A stretch of DNA of 64,000 bases from Paraspadella gotoi (taxonomy: Eukaryota; Animalia; Chaetognatha), in assembly GCA_051294375.1 (NCBI GenBank), contig CM119263.1, positions 19,930,115-19,994,114 of the forward strand, given 5' to 3'. Position 1 is the first letter of the stretch. Each line of letters opens with the position of its first letter. Both the position numbers and the translations under genes were made by a program. Shown here one piece after another: positions 47,901 to 60,568 of the stretch. The notes under the pieces were generated by a model. It was not told the DNA's origin and made no database searches. It was given only the letters and a program-made list of their open reading frames with translations.

Positions 47901-48490
47901 ATCAATCAGAAAGAAATAAATAAATAGCTCATCCCTTCGTTCCTCCTTCTACCAGAATGTCGGTGTTAGTTCTCGTCTTGACTGTCTACTTCTTTCCTCT
48001 TTCCGTCATTGTCCGCGGCGTCCGAGGTAATTCACTCGTCTATCGATTTTTCCCGCCAAAACCCAAACTTCTCACGGAAGAGGAGTATCTGCGACAAGGG
48101 AACGAGGCGACGAGAAAGGCTTTGGATGAACTAAGGAATTACTGCAAGTGCGTCTTTGATCGCGTTTTAACTTACTTTTTCGATTATTTACTGATACGCT
48201 GCATTCTGACTTTTAGGTCGCCCGATTGCAACGCCTGGAAAACTATATCGAGAGTTAAGTCGCCTCAACGTCTTGCAGCCTTTGTCGAGGGCGACTCTCA
48301 CCTTTCGGACACGGAGGTTAGACTTTTAATATCAATTAATTGAAATAAATTTAACAATAGTTTTGAAACTGTCTGTTGTGTTTAGGTCCTGGATTATGAG
48401 AGTGACCCCCAACCTCTTTTTACGGACGACGACGACCTCAGCGACGACGACCTTCACTTCGAACTTCACTCGAGCTCGATTCGCTCATGA
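44929..48490 (+). CDS. NEMP1: Nuclear envelope integral membrane protein (NEMP/TMEM194); start may be 44929 or 45066
   Basis: [74 protein letters not shown]. Confidence 0.9.
45480..46184 (+). mobile_element. DINE-1/HINE-like element, copy 2 (NEMP intron)
   Basis: Same 5' end, (GTCC)n tract, internal duplication and GACATTGTTTGCTCAAACTTGTT end as 24781-25429. Confidence 0.75.
46765..46991. mobile_element. Arm of the GGGGTAGCC MITE family
   Basis: AGCTATCTGAATCTG, AAAAAATAATTACTAG and TTTTGACCCACCC..CTACC match the right TIR at 13075-13245. Confidence 0.6.
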
Positions 48491-48833
48491 CGAAAATAGA
48501 ATTAATAAAATCTCTTAACGAGCATAAAACGCAAACTATAAGTACAACCATAAGATCTCGTTCATTGTTGATTATTAACTATTCACACGTTTTTTTATTG
48601 TTACTAATTCCCGACTTGACGCGGGAGCATTGGTCATTTTTTCAAATGTTTGATTTTCCGATTCATTTATATTTTTGTTGAAAATTTTTTTCATTGTTTT
48701 CCTATTTTATAAGCTCGATTCTCTCCATGCGATGTTGAAAGAAACATTTATCAATTTCTTTTAATGATTGTATCTTTTTGAAAAAAACAAAAACAAACGA
48801 TTAAAGGCCTTTTGAATTGAAGACGACTTCGCT

Positions 48834-51800
48834 ATGGGACTGGAAAATGGTTTCTCCATTGAAGAGCGGACGTCGTCGTTGGACGAAAATAAGAAGATTC
48901 GTCTTAGTGTCAAATGTGCACAGTTCGAGGTGAGGAATCTATTCTTCTTTTTGATGAAAATATTTTGCGTACTTTTTTCGTTTTGCGTTTTTTTTTTTCA
49001 TTTTGAGTGACAATTTATTCAAAAATTGTTTTTATGTCCAAGGAACTGATGCGCCACCGCGGGGTCTCCGCCGAGGAGGTGGCGCGTAAGATAGAGATTT
49101 TCCGAAAGATGATTTTGACGAAGGAAGAGATTGTTGCGCGTCTCGCCCCAGAGAACCCGCCTCCTGAAGAGGACGAGGAGGAAGATGAGCGCCGCTCTAG
49201 AAGTGAATCCCGCGAGTCAGAAAGGTCGCCCCCGCCAAAGTGAGAAAGGCATATTGATTTTGCAATCGTTTTCAAAATCGACAACCTTGTTTTTTTCTTA
49301 GGAATTCTAGGGAAAGACTTATCTTTGTTTTCTTTTATCTTTAATTCGTTTTTCTTCAAATCAAAAACTTCCCGACTTGCTCTTTTATCCCCCCCCCCAA
49401 CGTTTTTTTCCTTTTCCCAGAAAGCGATCTTCCCGTCGTCGTCGTCGCCGTCGCGAGAGATCTCTCTCCGCCAGCGATAAGGACGACGTCGGCGACAAAG
49501 CGGTGGGCGCGTCCCGCGAAAAAAGGCGATCGTCCAAGTGAGTAAAGTGACCCTGAGCCGTTCCATTCCTCTTTTCGATATATCAAGACTAGAAAAACGT
49601 GATATTATATTTCGCCAATCGATCGTGCAAAGTTTTAATCCCTCGCCTTCTTTTTTTTCCTCTCGGATTTTTCCCTTCTTTTTTTACACTTTCACCTCCT
49701 GGTCTCTCTCTCTCGTCTTTGCAGTCCTAAACTGCGCAAATTGTGATGTTGAGAGAGAAATCCTTGTAAGTAAATTTTTATCAAAATAAAAGAAAAAAAT
49801 CAAACACACGCGCACCAAGAGCAAGGAACCAGAAACGAAAAGCCCATCATCGATTTCCATCGCCCCTCGTTTTTCTTTCATCCATCCTCCCAACCACCCA
49901 CTTTTCTATTTTCCAACATTGCGGACGTCGATCTTAGGAGCGCTTCTCCTCCTAATTGGCCCTAGCAGCGGCGTTCCCCTTCCCCCCGTTGACTCAGTGA
50001 ATTTTTTTCTTTCCCAAATATCCCCAGTTCTTTTCTTTTTCCCTCCTTAATTATCCGTTCCCCACTTCAATGATTTCCCTCTCTCCAAATCCTTTCGTTT
50101 CGTTTTGTTCACGTCTAAAATGATCTCTCGTCCAAACTCTGTGCAGAGATGGAGCGGATCCTACTCCACCTCCTCCTACTCGACCCCACCCCAAACCGTC
50201 CCTGCTGGGGACGCCGCCCCCTCACGCCCACGCGCACTTCGCGGGGATGGGAATGCCTCCCCACGCCTTCGGCAACAATCACCCCGGGGTCGGCCCGAGG
50301 GGACGAGGAAGGGGTCCGCACGTTCATCCACCGTCGGCGCCGGGCAGCGGGAGGTGAGACGCGTATTTTATCCTCGTGCGTCGCCTGACGGATATTTCAC
50401 GCGGGTAGGACCGTTTCACGGCTTTACATGGCCACTTATACTCGAAAATTCGCGGTGTTACCCTCTTTTAATTTTACTATTTTTGCGCACATGTAAAAGC
50501 TCTACTTTCAGTTAATCTGCATGGTGAATTTAGATTACTGCTTAAAATTAGTTCAATTAACAAGAATGTATTTTCTCTATTTGACGTTTGTTTTTACGCA
50601 AAAGAATTTTGTTATTGCATAATTATTGGTTATTTGATATTCATTGTTGATCTTCATCTTGTTAAGTCTTTTGGATTTTGCCCAATGTCTCGTTTAGTAT
50701 TTTTTTTTTTTTTTATTAACGTTTCATTCTTTTCTCTTTTTTAACTTCCTTTCTTTTCACTTTTGTCTCTTGTACGCCCAATCTGTTGGATATTTTTTAT
50801 TTTTTATTTTTTGTTACCCTAAACTTCATTTCTCCGCGGCGTGTACCTTTCTCTTCGTCAGGCCTTCGGTCCGCCCACCCTCCCTCATGTCTCAGAATTC
50901 CGGCGCCGCTTCCCTCTTGAACTCCGGCGCTCTAGGCGCTCTCAACCGACCGGACTTGACCCTTCAAGACCGGGACAAGATCGCCGCTGCGTTGATCGAT
51001 GACGAGGCTGAGCTGATGGCGAGGGAGTTGGCCAAGTCTGCCCGGGGAAGAGCTGAGGTGAGTTTTGTTGGTGACTGATTAAGTGCTCGGTGTGGGAATC
51101 AAATTTTGTCTCACTCGGTAGATATCGACTCAGAATACAAGATGATTTGTAAATAAATTTTTTAAATTTTCATCCTTTATTCTGAGATCTTATAGTTAAC
51201 TTTTGACAAAGCTTTTAGTTTTAGAGTTTTGTAGTGATTGAAAACTAATCCTAGATTTAGCTTCGATACGGATTCGTCAATTTTATGGTTTTAGAGACTT
51301 GTATTTTTCTGTTTATGATTAAACTATTTATTTTTTATTTTTACAAAAGAGTAAAATATGCAGAGTTGGTTTATCAGTTTTGTTTCTACTATCTCAATCC
51401 TACTCAGACAGGATATCTTTTGCACGTCGTTTTTTAGCCACTTGGTTGAGTCATACATATTGCAATGCGATACATGAATTAAGTTGATTTTGGTATGGAC
51501 ATTGTTTAATCCAATGAGTTCAACTTTAAAAATATCTTTCATTTTTAGTTCATAATGCAAATAATAAAATAACCATATTGTAAGTTTAAGTTTTATATTA
51601 AGTTTTAATGTAAGTTTATTTTTTCAATTTTTCCAGGTAATTGAAAAAAAGCGTGGGATACGGAGGAACATGATCGGTGGGACTGGAGGAAACAACATCA
51701 TTGGACATCCGGGTCAGGAATCCTCAGCAATTGCAATACAGCCTCAACATGGGTACTTAAGACGCTGGCCTTCATTAATTTACGTTTATCCAATAATTTT

Positions 51801-52200
51801 ATTAATTCGCCATTTCAGCGAAAAATGCAAAAAGTTTTCCGGTTGCCTCGTCACCTCCGCTCGCCCTCTTCGTCAGAAGTCCTCTACTCCTATCGGCGGT
51901 GGAACTCGCGGCCCCAAGTCCTTCGACGACAACCTCAGCGGCGCATCCGTCATCGGGCACGGCCCGAACATGTCGAACAAACTTCCAGGCATTAAGGCCA
52001 ACCTCATTGGGCCTCGGGGCAATCCCTGGCGCTGGTCGGCAGCCGCTGAAGCCGCCGCCAAGTCTGCGGCGGGCGGTGCTAATCGGAGCGACGCCGGGCG
52101 GTTTTCGCGTTCACCGCCGCCGACTCACCACCGCTCTTCCTTCACCAACCGCGGCACTTCGAGGTCGAGAAGCCGATCGGGGTCGAGATCACGCTACTGA
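48834..52200 (+). CDS. cwf21-domain, RS-rich protein (SRRM2/3-like); internal exons uncertain
   Basis: KIRLSVKCAQFE|ELMRHRGVSAEEVARKIEIFRKMI resembles cwf21; RS dipeptides; ends SRSRSRSGSRSRY. Confidence 0.6.
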
Positions 52201-53194
52201 TTTTTTTTTTAGCATTTAGCGGACTTTTTCGAGTAAAAATAGGAGCTCAGTAACTTTGCTGCATATTTCACCTGCGAATTGTGTTTTGTCTTTCTACGTT
52301 CAAAGTTGCCTTTTAATTTTTTATAGAAATGGGCGCCGATTTTATCCGAAGAATCTCGGAATTCTTTTTTCAATTATTATTTTAAAGAATGTATGCCAGG
52401 TTGAAAGAGATTACCAGAGTAAGCTGAATATGTATATATTTAATATATATTAATATAATTTTTAAAATATTATTTTAAAGGCACCCTTTTTTAGGACGGT
52501 TGAAGTAAAATTTTTAATTTTCAATACCCGGAGCTGCCTTATTATTTTCCATCCATGTTTTTTTTTTTCGCTCTTATCTGAATAAGCATTTCAATAGTAT
52601 AGAATTTTGCTATATTTTTCAATAAAATATGTGCTTTGTATATTTTGAATTCAATTATTCTGAAGCAAATTTGAGTTACTACACAAAAAACAATCAGTTT
52701 CTAAGCTATAATATGAAATTGTTTGGTAGAAAAATAACGTCTTGGCGACAATACACTGATACAACTAGACAGAACTGATAGAAAATCTGGCAACCAAAAA
52801 ATTCCGTAGGTTTGTTGACATTGATTGATATTGAGACAGAAAATGAACACCAACTCTTTCAGATCCGTTTTATAGTTACCTAACCATGTAGTGCAGTTTA
52901 CTTAATTAAACTAACCAGAACCAACATTCATTAAAGCGTTTAGTACGTTCCGAAAGAATCGATGCTAAAACTTACCGTCTGCTGTAATTTGAATCGATGT
53001 TCTCATTGTTTAAAACGCCGAAACTAAGCGGCGAAATCGAGAGACAAAAATGTCGAAGACGGACACGGAGGTGGAAGGGAAGCGACGCGTTCACTGGCTC
53101 GGTCGAGATTGGTCACCGAGGAGACAAAGCATTGACATCCGCTCAACGGTGAACGTTTACGTCTTTCTGATTTTCCACAGAATTATTGAGATAA

Positions 53195-53364
53195 CCTATA
53201 ATTGTGATACCCGGGGCGCGGGGTATCTCACCAACTGACCGCCTCCTGTCACTGGCATGTTTATACCGGCACCGTCACATTTAAGCCAGAACCGGGATAC
53301 CCAGGGATTGAACCCGGGACGCACGGATGGAATGAGATGATTTAGCCTGCTCAGCCATTGAGAC
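53195..53364 (-). mobile_element. tRNA-derived SINE
   Basis: Minus strand A box TGGCTGAGCAGG, B box GGTTCAATCCC, body shared with 40585-40700, 3' hairpin GATACCC..GGGTATC. Confidence 0.75.
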
Positions 53365-53669
53365 GAGGCTGAGGACGGACAGCAGTGAGGCAGCTTTAAG
53401 TCTTGCTGCCACAGTATGCAATTTATTTGGTCCTGTTCGCTCATTCGGAATTATTATTTTGTATATTTTCAGCGATCGGCTCCTTTGCAGCTTAGATCGT
53501 TAGACCGCAACTACAACCAAAATAAAGTGTATCGCACGAATCGTCAGACGCGTGCCGGATCCCTCGTCGAATTTGAGTCCTTGGGTGAGGGGTGGGAATG
53601 ATTGACGATGAGCAAACTGCACGAAACTGCACCATTTAGCTCTCTTACAAAACCAATAAAACAAAAAAA

Positions 53670-54245
53670 ATGAAGGGAAACGCAAATGAGAAAGTTCAGA
53701 AACAAAATTATAGAAAACGAATGAACTCTCCTCTCCCTACAGAGGATCAGCTTTTCTCTTACAACGCAATCGACGCTCTCTGTGGCGAAGTTCCCCGGGA
53801 CGAAGCTAATTTCTGCAAGCGCATCCGCCTGCTTAATACTATCATCATGGCCGTTGTTGTCGCCGGCTTCACCGCCGCTCTGCTCATGACTTTCTACTCG
53901 GAGGCGATGCGCAGACGGGCCAAGACCACGCCCTCCCCTACTCCTGAATACGTCGGTGACGAGGAAGTGTCCGCCTTCAACGAGCAAAGCGCTGTCTTAG
54001 TGAACGAGACCGGCGCCATCGTCGACGCTGGCCGCAATAACGAAACGTTTGGTGGAGGCACAGTAGGTTTTCGAGCCGTTCGAAACGGTCGACGTCGAAT
54101 TACCCATACAAACGGTGTTGTTGAGACGGTGATTAAGAAGATGCCCGACGAGCGAGTGTCGACCGTCCCTAAAACGACGACCACAACGACAACGAAGCCT
54201 ACGAAACCACCACCACCACCAATAAGAGAACATAAGATGGGATAA
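53670..54245 (+). CDS. Hypothetical single-pass membrane protein with Thr/Pro-rich tail
   Basis: 191-aa GC-richer ORF, hydrophobic IIMAVVVAGFTAALLMTFY; no recognised family. Confidence 0.5.
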   Translation: MKGNANEKVQKQNYRKRMNSPLPTEDQLFSYNAIDALCGEVPRDEANFCKRIRLLNTIIMAVVVAGFTAALLMTFYSEAMRRRAKTTPSPTPEYVGDEEVSAFNEQSAVLVNETGAIVDAGRNNETFGGGTVGFRAVRNGRRRITHTNGVVETVIKKMPDERVSTVPKTTTTTTTKPTKPPPPPIREHKMG

Positions 54246-56031
54246 GTCGGAATAGCTGGGCTTTAACTAAACTAAAGTAAAGGATTTGCTAAATGGAAAT
54301 GAGAAATTCGACTTAAGTGAAGTCAGGCGAATGCAGAATGAAACAAACCTGAAAGAAAGAATAAGCTGGGGGATTTATTACTGATGGAGCTCTCTAGAGC
54401 CCCAATTATTCAGACATATACGACAACATTTAAACTGAGGTAAAGCCGAAGGAGGAACCTCGCTTAATGAAAGGAATTAAAAGTTTGTTTTTTTCTTATA
54501 TAAGTTTTGTTGCGTTTAAAATAATACATAATATTCGGCCAAACTTTTTGCCTGTGTGGGATAATAAATGAAATAATTTAAAGAAAAGATTTTTCTTAAA
54601 CTTTCTAGATTTTAGTTTAGCGCCTAAATTGGTACAACCAATATAAAAAAGTCAAAGCACTTTTTTGAGAGACTTTCTGTCTGCCTTCAGCGCGAGAACG
54701 GGGACCTGCTTGCTTCCCGAAGTCCCGTGATTGAGTTGCCGTCTCATGTGGACGGAGTTGCTTGACTTTGTCCCCTGATCTCTTTTTGTTTTTTCTTTTT
54801 CTTTTTTGTTCACGTTTATTGTTGACATAAGATATTTTTGCAACCATTCCCGCAATTATTTGTTTGCTCTGTTTTCTTTTCAGAAAAAAACCAAAAAAAA
54901 AAAACCAATGTAATAATTGAGCTAATAATAATCAATAATCGAGCTATTTTACCCCAGACTTAGGGCAAGCTCTGGTGGGTTATGGCCTCCAACTTTTTTT
55001 CAAGTTTTCAATCAATTAGTAGGGAAGTCTGGCGTTAAGCGTCCGAGATAAAAATTAGCGAATAAAAAGTCTTTATTTTACTCACTGAATAGAAATACTT
55101 AAAATACTTACAAAATACATAAAATTGATAAAATTATTATTGGAATAACATTGTTCAATCACATGCAATATATCTAGTGCTTTTTTTTTCATTGAAATCG
55201 ATAGATATTAACTAAAAATATTAGAATTAATTTTTCTTTTTGATACAACAAGAGAACTGAACCTCCGTCGCTTGATGTCGTCAGGTTACTAGTAAATATG
55301 CGTTTGAGGATTCCAAATATGTTTTTAAAATTGACCTACGTAGATGCGCATAGACGCGCATTTCTAAGAGTTTTGCGAGATGGGGGATCAGGTTTCCTGG
55401 AATTTAGGCTTTTTTTTGTGTTCTCCCCACGATTCGAACCACAAGACCCTAATAAATAGTATAAATATGGGCATATTTGGAAAGCTTGGCGTCTTGGGAA
55501 GCCGTTGCCGGTTGAGCGCGAGAAAAATTTGGTCATCTTGATATAAAAACAGGGTCCTAAAGTGGAATGGTTGGCCTGGCAGAAAAAAATAATCACAATT
55601 TTTTTCTTTCCATGTCACAATGTTATCACAAAACAACTTTAATGCATCATGTGAGGCATCATATGAAAGCTAACGATGTCTGCCACATGTCAGCACGTGA
55701 AAAAAATTTTCTTTATAAAAATAAAAAATCACCAGACTACCCAACAATTAGGCTGGTTAATTAACTCTCATAGTGATTGACTTCACTTTCAATAAAGTGA
55801 TTTTATATTTTTCTGTTTTCAATAGGGTAAAATTGGGCCCCTCCGTTCCTTTAAAGTATACACAACAGCTTCAAAAAAGGAGTAACTGATTACGTATTTT
55901 AAAATTTATATTTTAATTGTTAATTATCAATATCGATATCAATTTGTAAGCTCAAATAGTTCAGTCAAAAACGACGACGACAACCAAGTCTTTCCACTTT
56001 GCGACCCGTATGGGTCAGCAAGAATGAACAT

Positions 56032-56649
56032 TAGAGTGGAGCACTGGGGTACATAAATTTTATTTGAGTGATCAAACAAGGATATTTAGACGTGAGATAA
56101 TATGATTAATGAGTATAAAAAATATTTTGCTTATATTGTTTGGGGAACAGTATCATTAATTACAATATATTTATAATAATATTCTTATAAAATCATAAAT
56201 TTTCAAAATAATTTTTTAAAATTTTTATTAAAAATTCTGATTCTTCATAAAAAGTTAGATCAAAAATATAAAATATGTTATAAAAAATTTCAATGTCTTC
56301 AGCGTCAAAAATGAAAAAAAAGGTTAAATTCTCTACTTTTTTATACTTTGTAGTAAAAACTATTATATGATGAAACATTTTGGTCATTTTTCGCAGCTTT
56401 AACCTAAAAATATCATGTAACATATTTTACAAAAGTTTTTCAGTTTTTTCCGGCGAATCCAAAACTGTACTTAAAATTAAAAAAATATGATTTTAAAATT
56501 TTATAAGGATATTATTATAAAAAAAATTTAATTAATGATACTGTTATGCAAATTTTTTTTGAAAAAGGGCTTAATTATTTTATATTACATATATAAAGGC
56601 AGCAAAAAAATATTGTTTCATCGCTCAATCTTTTCATCACTCCACCCTA
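56032..56649. mobile_element. hAT-type MITE
   Basis: TIR TAGAGTGGAG/CTCCACCCTA; exact 8-bp TSD ATGAACAT at 56024-56031 and 56650-56657; internal inverted repeats. Confidence 0.85.
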
Positions 56650-57039
56650 ATGAACATTCGACCATTCGACCTGGAATAAATTGTTAAGGCTGACCTTTTT
56701 TCAGTCAAAGTAAATAGGTAGTTATTGTTGTTATTTTTTCCGTTATTGCTTTTTAGTTTTTACTATGTTTTTCATTAATATACGTTTTACTTATCATACA
56801 AAAAACACGCCTCATGTTTGAAGCCTAATGCGGGTCCGAATGTAACACTTTTTATTATATGGAGCTTATCCCAATTAAATTAATTTCTTCTTCAACTACT
56901 AGTACTAAGTCGAGTTATTTAAATTTTTGAATTAATTCAATAACATATTGGAGAATTTAAATGTATATAATAATTTATAAAAAAATGACTAACATGTAGC
57001 CTACTAAAGTGCGGAGGGAAGACGAAGTATATTAAGTAT

Positions 57040-57160
57040 TGAGTAAAGCCATCAGCTCGTGACCACTAGGTACCGGGTTCATTCCCAACCCGGTACCTAC
57101 CCTGCGGGAAGCGTGAAAGAATAAGTCGCGGTACACACTGCACAGTGCTCAGTCTTGTGG
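57040..57160 (+). mobile_element. Possible tRNA-derived SINE head with a perfect 13-bp hairpin
   Basis: B-box-like GGTTCATTCCC within TAGGTACCGGGTT..AACCCGGTACCTA. Confidence 0.4.
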
Positions 57161-58442
57161 AAAAAACTTATTCACGCTATTCTCATGCAAAATTCTTTAT
57201 CTTGTGACCAAATTTTTGCTGTCTGATTACTAACATATGCCTTATATTCGAACGAACATAAGCTCTCTTTACCATGACTGTTTTTCATCAGTAAGATCGC
57301 AAAGATAATAAAAATATGTAAAAAATCAGGCTAAAAGTAGCTTGAAACGGTGACAAGATTTCTTACCATCGTTATTGTAATTGATCTGGGTTAAGAGCTA
57401 TCTTTTAAATACACGGGCTACGAAAGTTATTGTGGTCAAACTGGTCATGTAATGTCACGTCATCTCATGAGAAACTGCGGCGCAACACATTTGAATTACC
57501 GTTCTTGTTTTTAATTTTTTAGAAACATAATGTAACATCATGTTTCTAAAAATTGAAAAAATCATCCTTGTAAACACAACCTGAGTGGAGATGCACTTCA
57601 ATCTGTACTTCACTCTTTAATTCCCAAAATAGATTATTAGCTCACTATTGGGAGGGTCCTTTCGAATTTCTTTTTTTTTTAATTAAAAAAAAATCATCTT
57701 TCAACTCAAGTTTAGTTCGGTTCGAGATTTTTGTAAGATTTTTCGGTTTCGGTTTAGGATATTATCTTCTTCTGCCCTTAATACCTTGGCCTCAAATCGA
57801 TGAGTTAAATTTAAAGGCAGGTTCGAAGCTGCTACAACGTAATAACATGTGGAATACTTATCTTTTCGTCATGTTCTTCATTGGAAAAATAAAACTGCGA
57901 GGTTGGTCTCAAAATTTTAAATTTCGAATTAGAGATTTTGACAATTATGTGGAAAAAAAAAAAGAAATCGGGCATTCTCAATCTTAGTAAATGCCCTCAA
58001 CATCGGCTTCGACTTTCGCGACGAAATAAGGGCTTTTGAAGAAAATTTTCAAAGGGATTTAAACGATTCAAGAATAGGTAATGACTAATCGTGATTTTGA
58101 AATAATATTAATTCAATTTTTATCGATCACCGATCACAATTCTAATTGTCAGAGAAGACTTGCTTAGTTAACTATTTATATACTTATACTTTTAAAAGCA
58201 GTTTTTTTGGGGGGATATCGTGAATGATGTATAAAAGTCAATTGATATTAATTTCAACTCAAAAATTATGCAGTTGATTATTATGGAAATAAGGAATTAC
58301 AAAAGGATTCCTTTTGCGAGCGATCAAGCCCCCACCTAAACAAATAACCACAAAAAAATACTTTGGGTCCTGTTCTAACAATGAACGAAAGCAATAACCC
58401 TCAGCAATTGCTCCCAATTTTGGGCAATAGCATGACCATAAA

Positions 58443-58910
58443 ATGTTGATAATTTCATTGTTCTTACTCAAAGTTTTCAAAATTGTGTTCTCGGTCTTTC
58501 TCACCGTAGGCAAATTTTTGTTCGTCGAAAGATGCTTCGACGATTTGGGGTGCTTCAAAACGGGTCCACCGTTTTGGAGCATTCGGCGGCCTATCAGTCT
58601 GCTGCCGCAATCTACCGACACAGGTAGGCGTGACAGAGAACGTCGGTCACACACGAATGTTTTTTTATGATTTTAGCGAGCAAGTACAAATTTTTTACCG
58701 TAAACTAAAGCGAAAAGAAATTACAAACCTTCGTTTCAATTTTAAGTTAAACCTCGGTTTTTGTTGAACACGCGGGAAAATTCGGAGCAAAACACAGAGA
58801 TTCTCATCTCGCCCTGGGAACAAAATTCCGCAAAGGAATTCAACGCCACGAAAAAGACAAAGATAATTATTCATGGTTATCTAGAGTCGGGAGATTACCC
58901 TTGGATCAAG
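58443..58910 (+). CDS. Pancreatic lipase-related protein, N-terminal exons only
   Basis: Hydrophobic leader, CFDDLGCF..PPF...RPISLLPQS, RFLLNTREN, FNATKKTKIIIHGY; ends at donor AAG|GTCAGT; no catalytic exon seen in window. Confidence 0.8.
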
Positions 58911-59039
58911 GTCAGTCTTAATCGTCGAAATCACTCGCCAAAATATTGATACACGAAAAGAAAAAAAAATCTTATAAGTAGTATTGATCGAGCCTGCTAG
59001 CTATCAAAGAAAATTAATGAAAAAATCCGGGAAAAAAAC

Positions 59040-59300
59040 GAATGATTGATGTAATAGTAATTTATTGATGTAATAGGAATTGATTATTGATGCGATGATA
59101 ACCAATTCTTGACGCGATGATAACCATTAACCAAATATTGATGCGATGATAACCAATAATTGATGCGATGATAACCAAATGATTGATGTGATAATAACCA
59201 AATGATTGATGCGATGATAGTCATTCATTAATGTGATGATAATCATTCATTGATACGATGATAGTCATTCATTGATGCGATGATAGTCATTCATTGACAC
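59040..59300. repeat. Minisatellite of about 19-21-bp units (ATTGATGCGATGATAACCA-like)
   Basis: Read directly; lies between about 68-bp direct repeats at 58971-59038 and 60141-60209. Confidence 0.85.
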
Positions 59301-59521
59301 GATAAATCATTCATCATAAATAAAACAAACAAATGAGTGTATGAGTGAAAGAGAGAGAGAAAGAAAGAGAATAAATCCACGAAAATCTCGGATGTAAATT
59401 TGGGATTTTGTATTGAGAAAAAAGCGCGGAATAAATGGCGATAATAAAAGTTTTTAAAAGTTTTTAGAAGGAAAAAAATAATCAAAATCTTTCAAAAAAC
59501 TAACGATCACGCTAGAGATCG

Positions 59522-59571
<50 letters not shown>

Positions 59572-60368
59572 GACGGCGAGAGACAGAGAAATCTGGACTG
59601 CCGCTGGAAGGCAGTATACATATAATTTAAAGAAATAAAAGAAAGGCAAAAAAATTTAACAATTGTTTACAATTGGAAATTGTTACAATTTTTTCCAATC
59701 ATAGGTTATAAAAGATTTTATTTTTATTTGTATTAAAATTAAGATATAGCTTCTCTTTAAAAAGGTCTTTTGATTTCATATATTTTTTAATCAAAAATTT
59801 TTTTATGAATTTCATCTTCAATAATATTTACTGCAATATGTAAATTAGATTAAAGCATTTCTATATACTAATTTGGATATTATAAAATGAGTACTATAAT
59901 CTCATTTGCATTTTGCAGTAAATCATAATGAATTAGAAATCGAAACAAAAAATACTAGAATCCAAATGTAATATGAAAATTTAAAAGCTATTTCAAGATG
60001 AGAAGCCATATCTAAATTTTTAACTTACTATGATCGCACATTTTTATAAAACTTTATCGTAATTCATAATAATTTTTATTTAAAAAAAAAGGTAAGTCCC
60101 ACCCAAAACTATAAAAGCGTATAGGTTTTATATAAAAAATCTTAAAAGTAGTATTGATCGAGCCTGTTAGCTATCAAAGAAAATCAATAAAAAAATCCGG
60201 AAAAAAAAAGTCACAGCTAAAACTATAAAAGCGTAGTAGTTTTCATATAAAAAAGCGTGAAGCCGACGACGACGATGACGCCGACGACGACACAAAGAAG
60301 CTGACCCGAAACAAAAGGAAGAATTTAGGGGAAAAAAGAAAGAGACGGTTTTGATGCTTAACAGTTGA

Positions 60369-60371
<3 letters not shown>

Positions 60372-60423
<52 letters not shown>
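60372..60423. repeat. (GA)n microsatellite (another at about 59526-59590)
   Basis: Read directly. Confidence 0.95.
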
Positions 60424-60428
<5 letters not shown>

Positions 60429-60568
60429 TGACTGACTGACTGGCTAATTGATATCCTAAGATAAAATCAATTAAATTATTATTCCCGCTTAAAATGTACT
60501 TCGAAGTAACTAAACGAATTGGTATAAGCAATAATATAACACAATGTTCCAATTAACTATTATAATAT

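Noticed and set aside
51840-51900. SRRM3/4 eMIC domain (VTSARP)
   Set aside because: Only TSAR matches; the RKRPIPYY core is absent
53290-53364. tRNA gene on - strand
   Set aside because: A/B boxes present but no convincing cloverleaf, and it continues into a repeated body
55400-55460. tRNA/SINE on - strand (GGTTCGAATC)
   Set aside because: Isolated B-box-like motif with no clear A box or second copy in the window
59040-59300. Repeat array as CRISPR-like
   Set aside because: Degenerate minisatellite with no unique spacers
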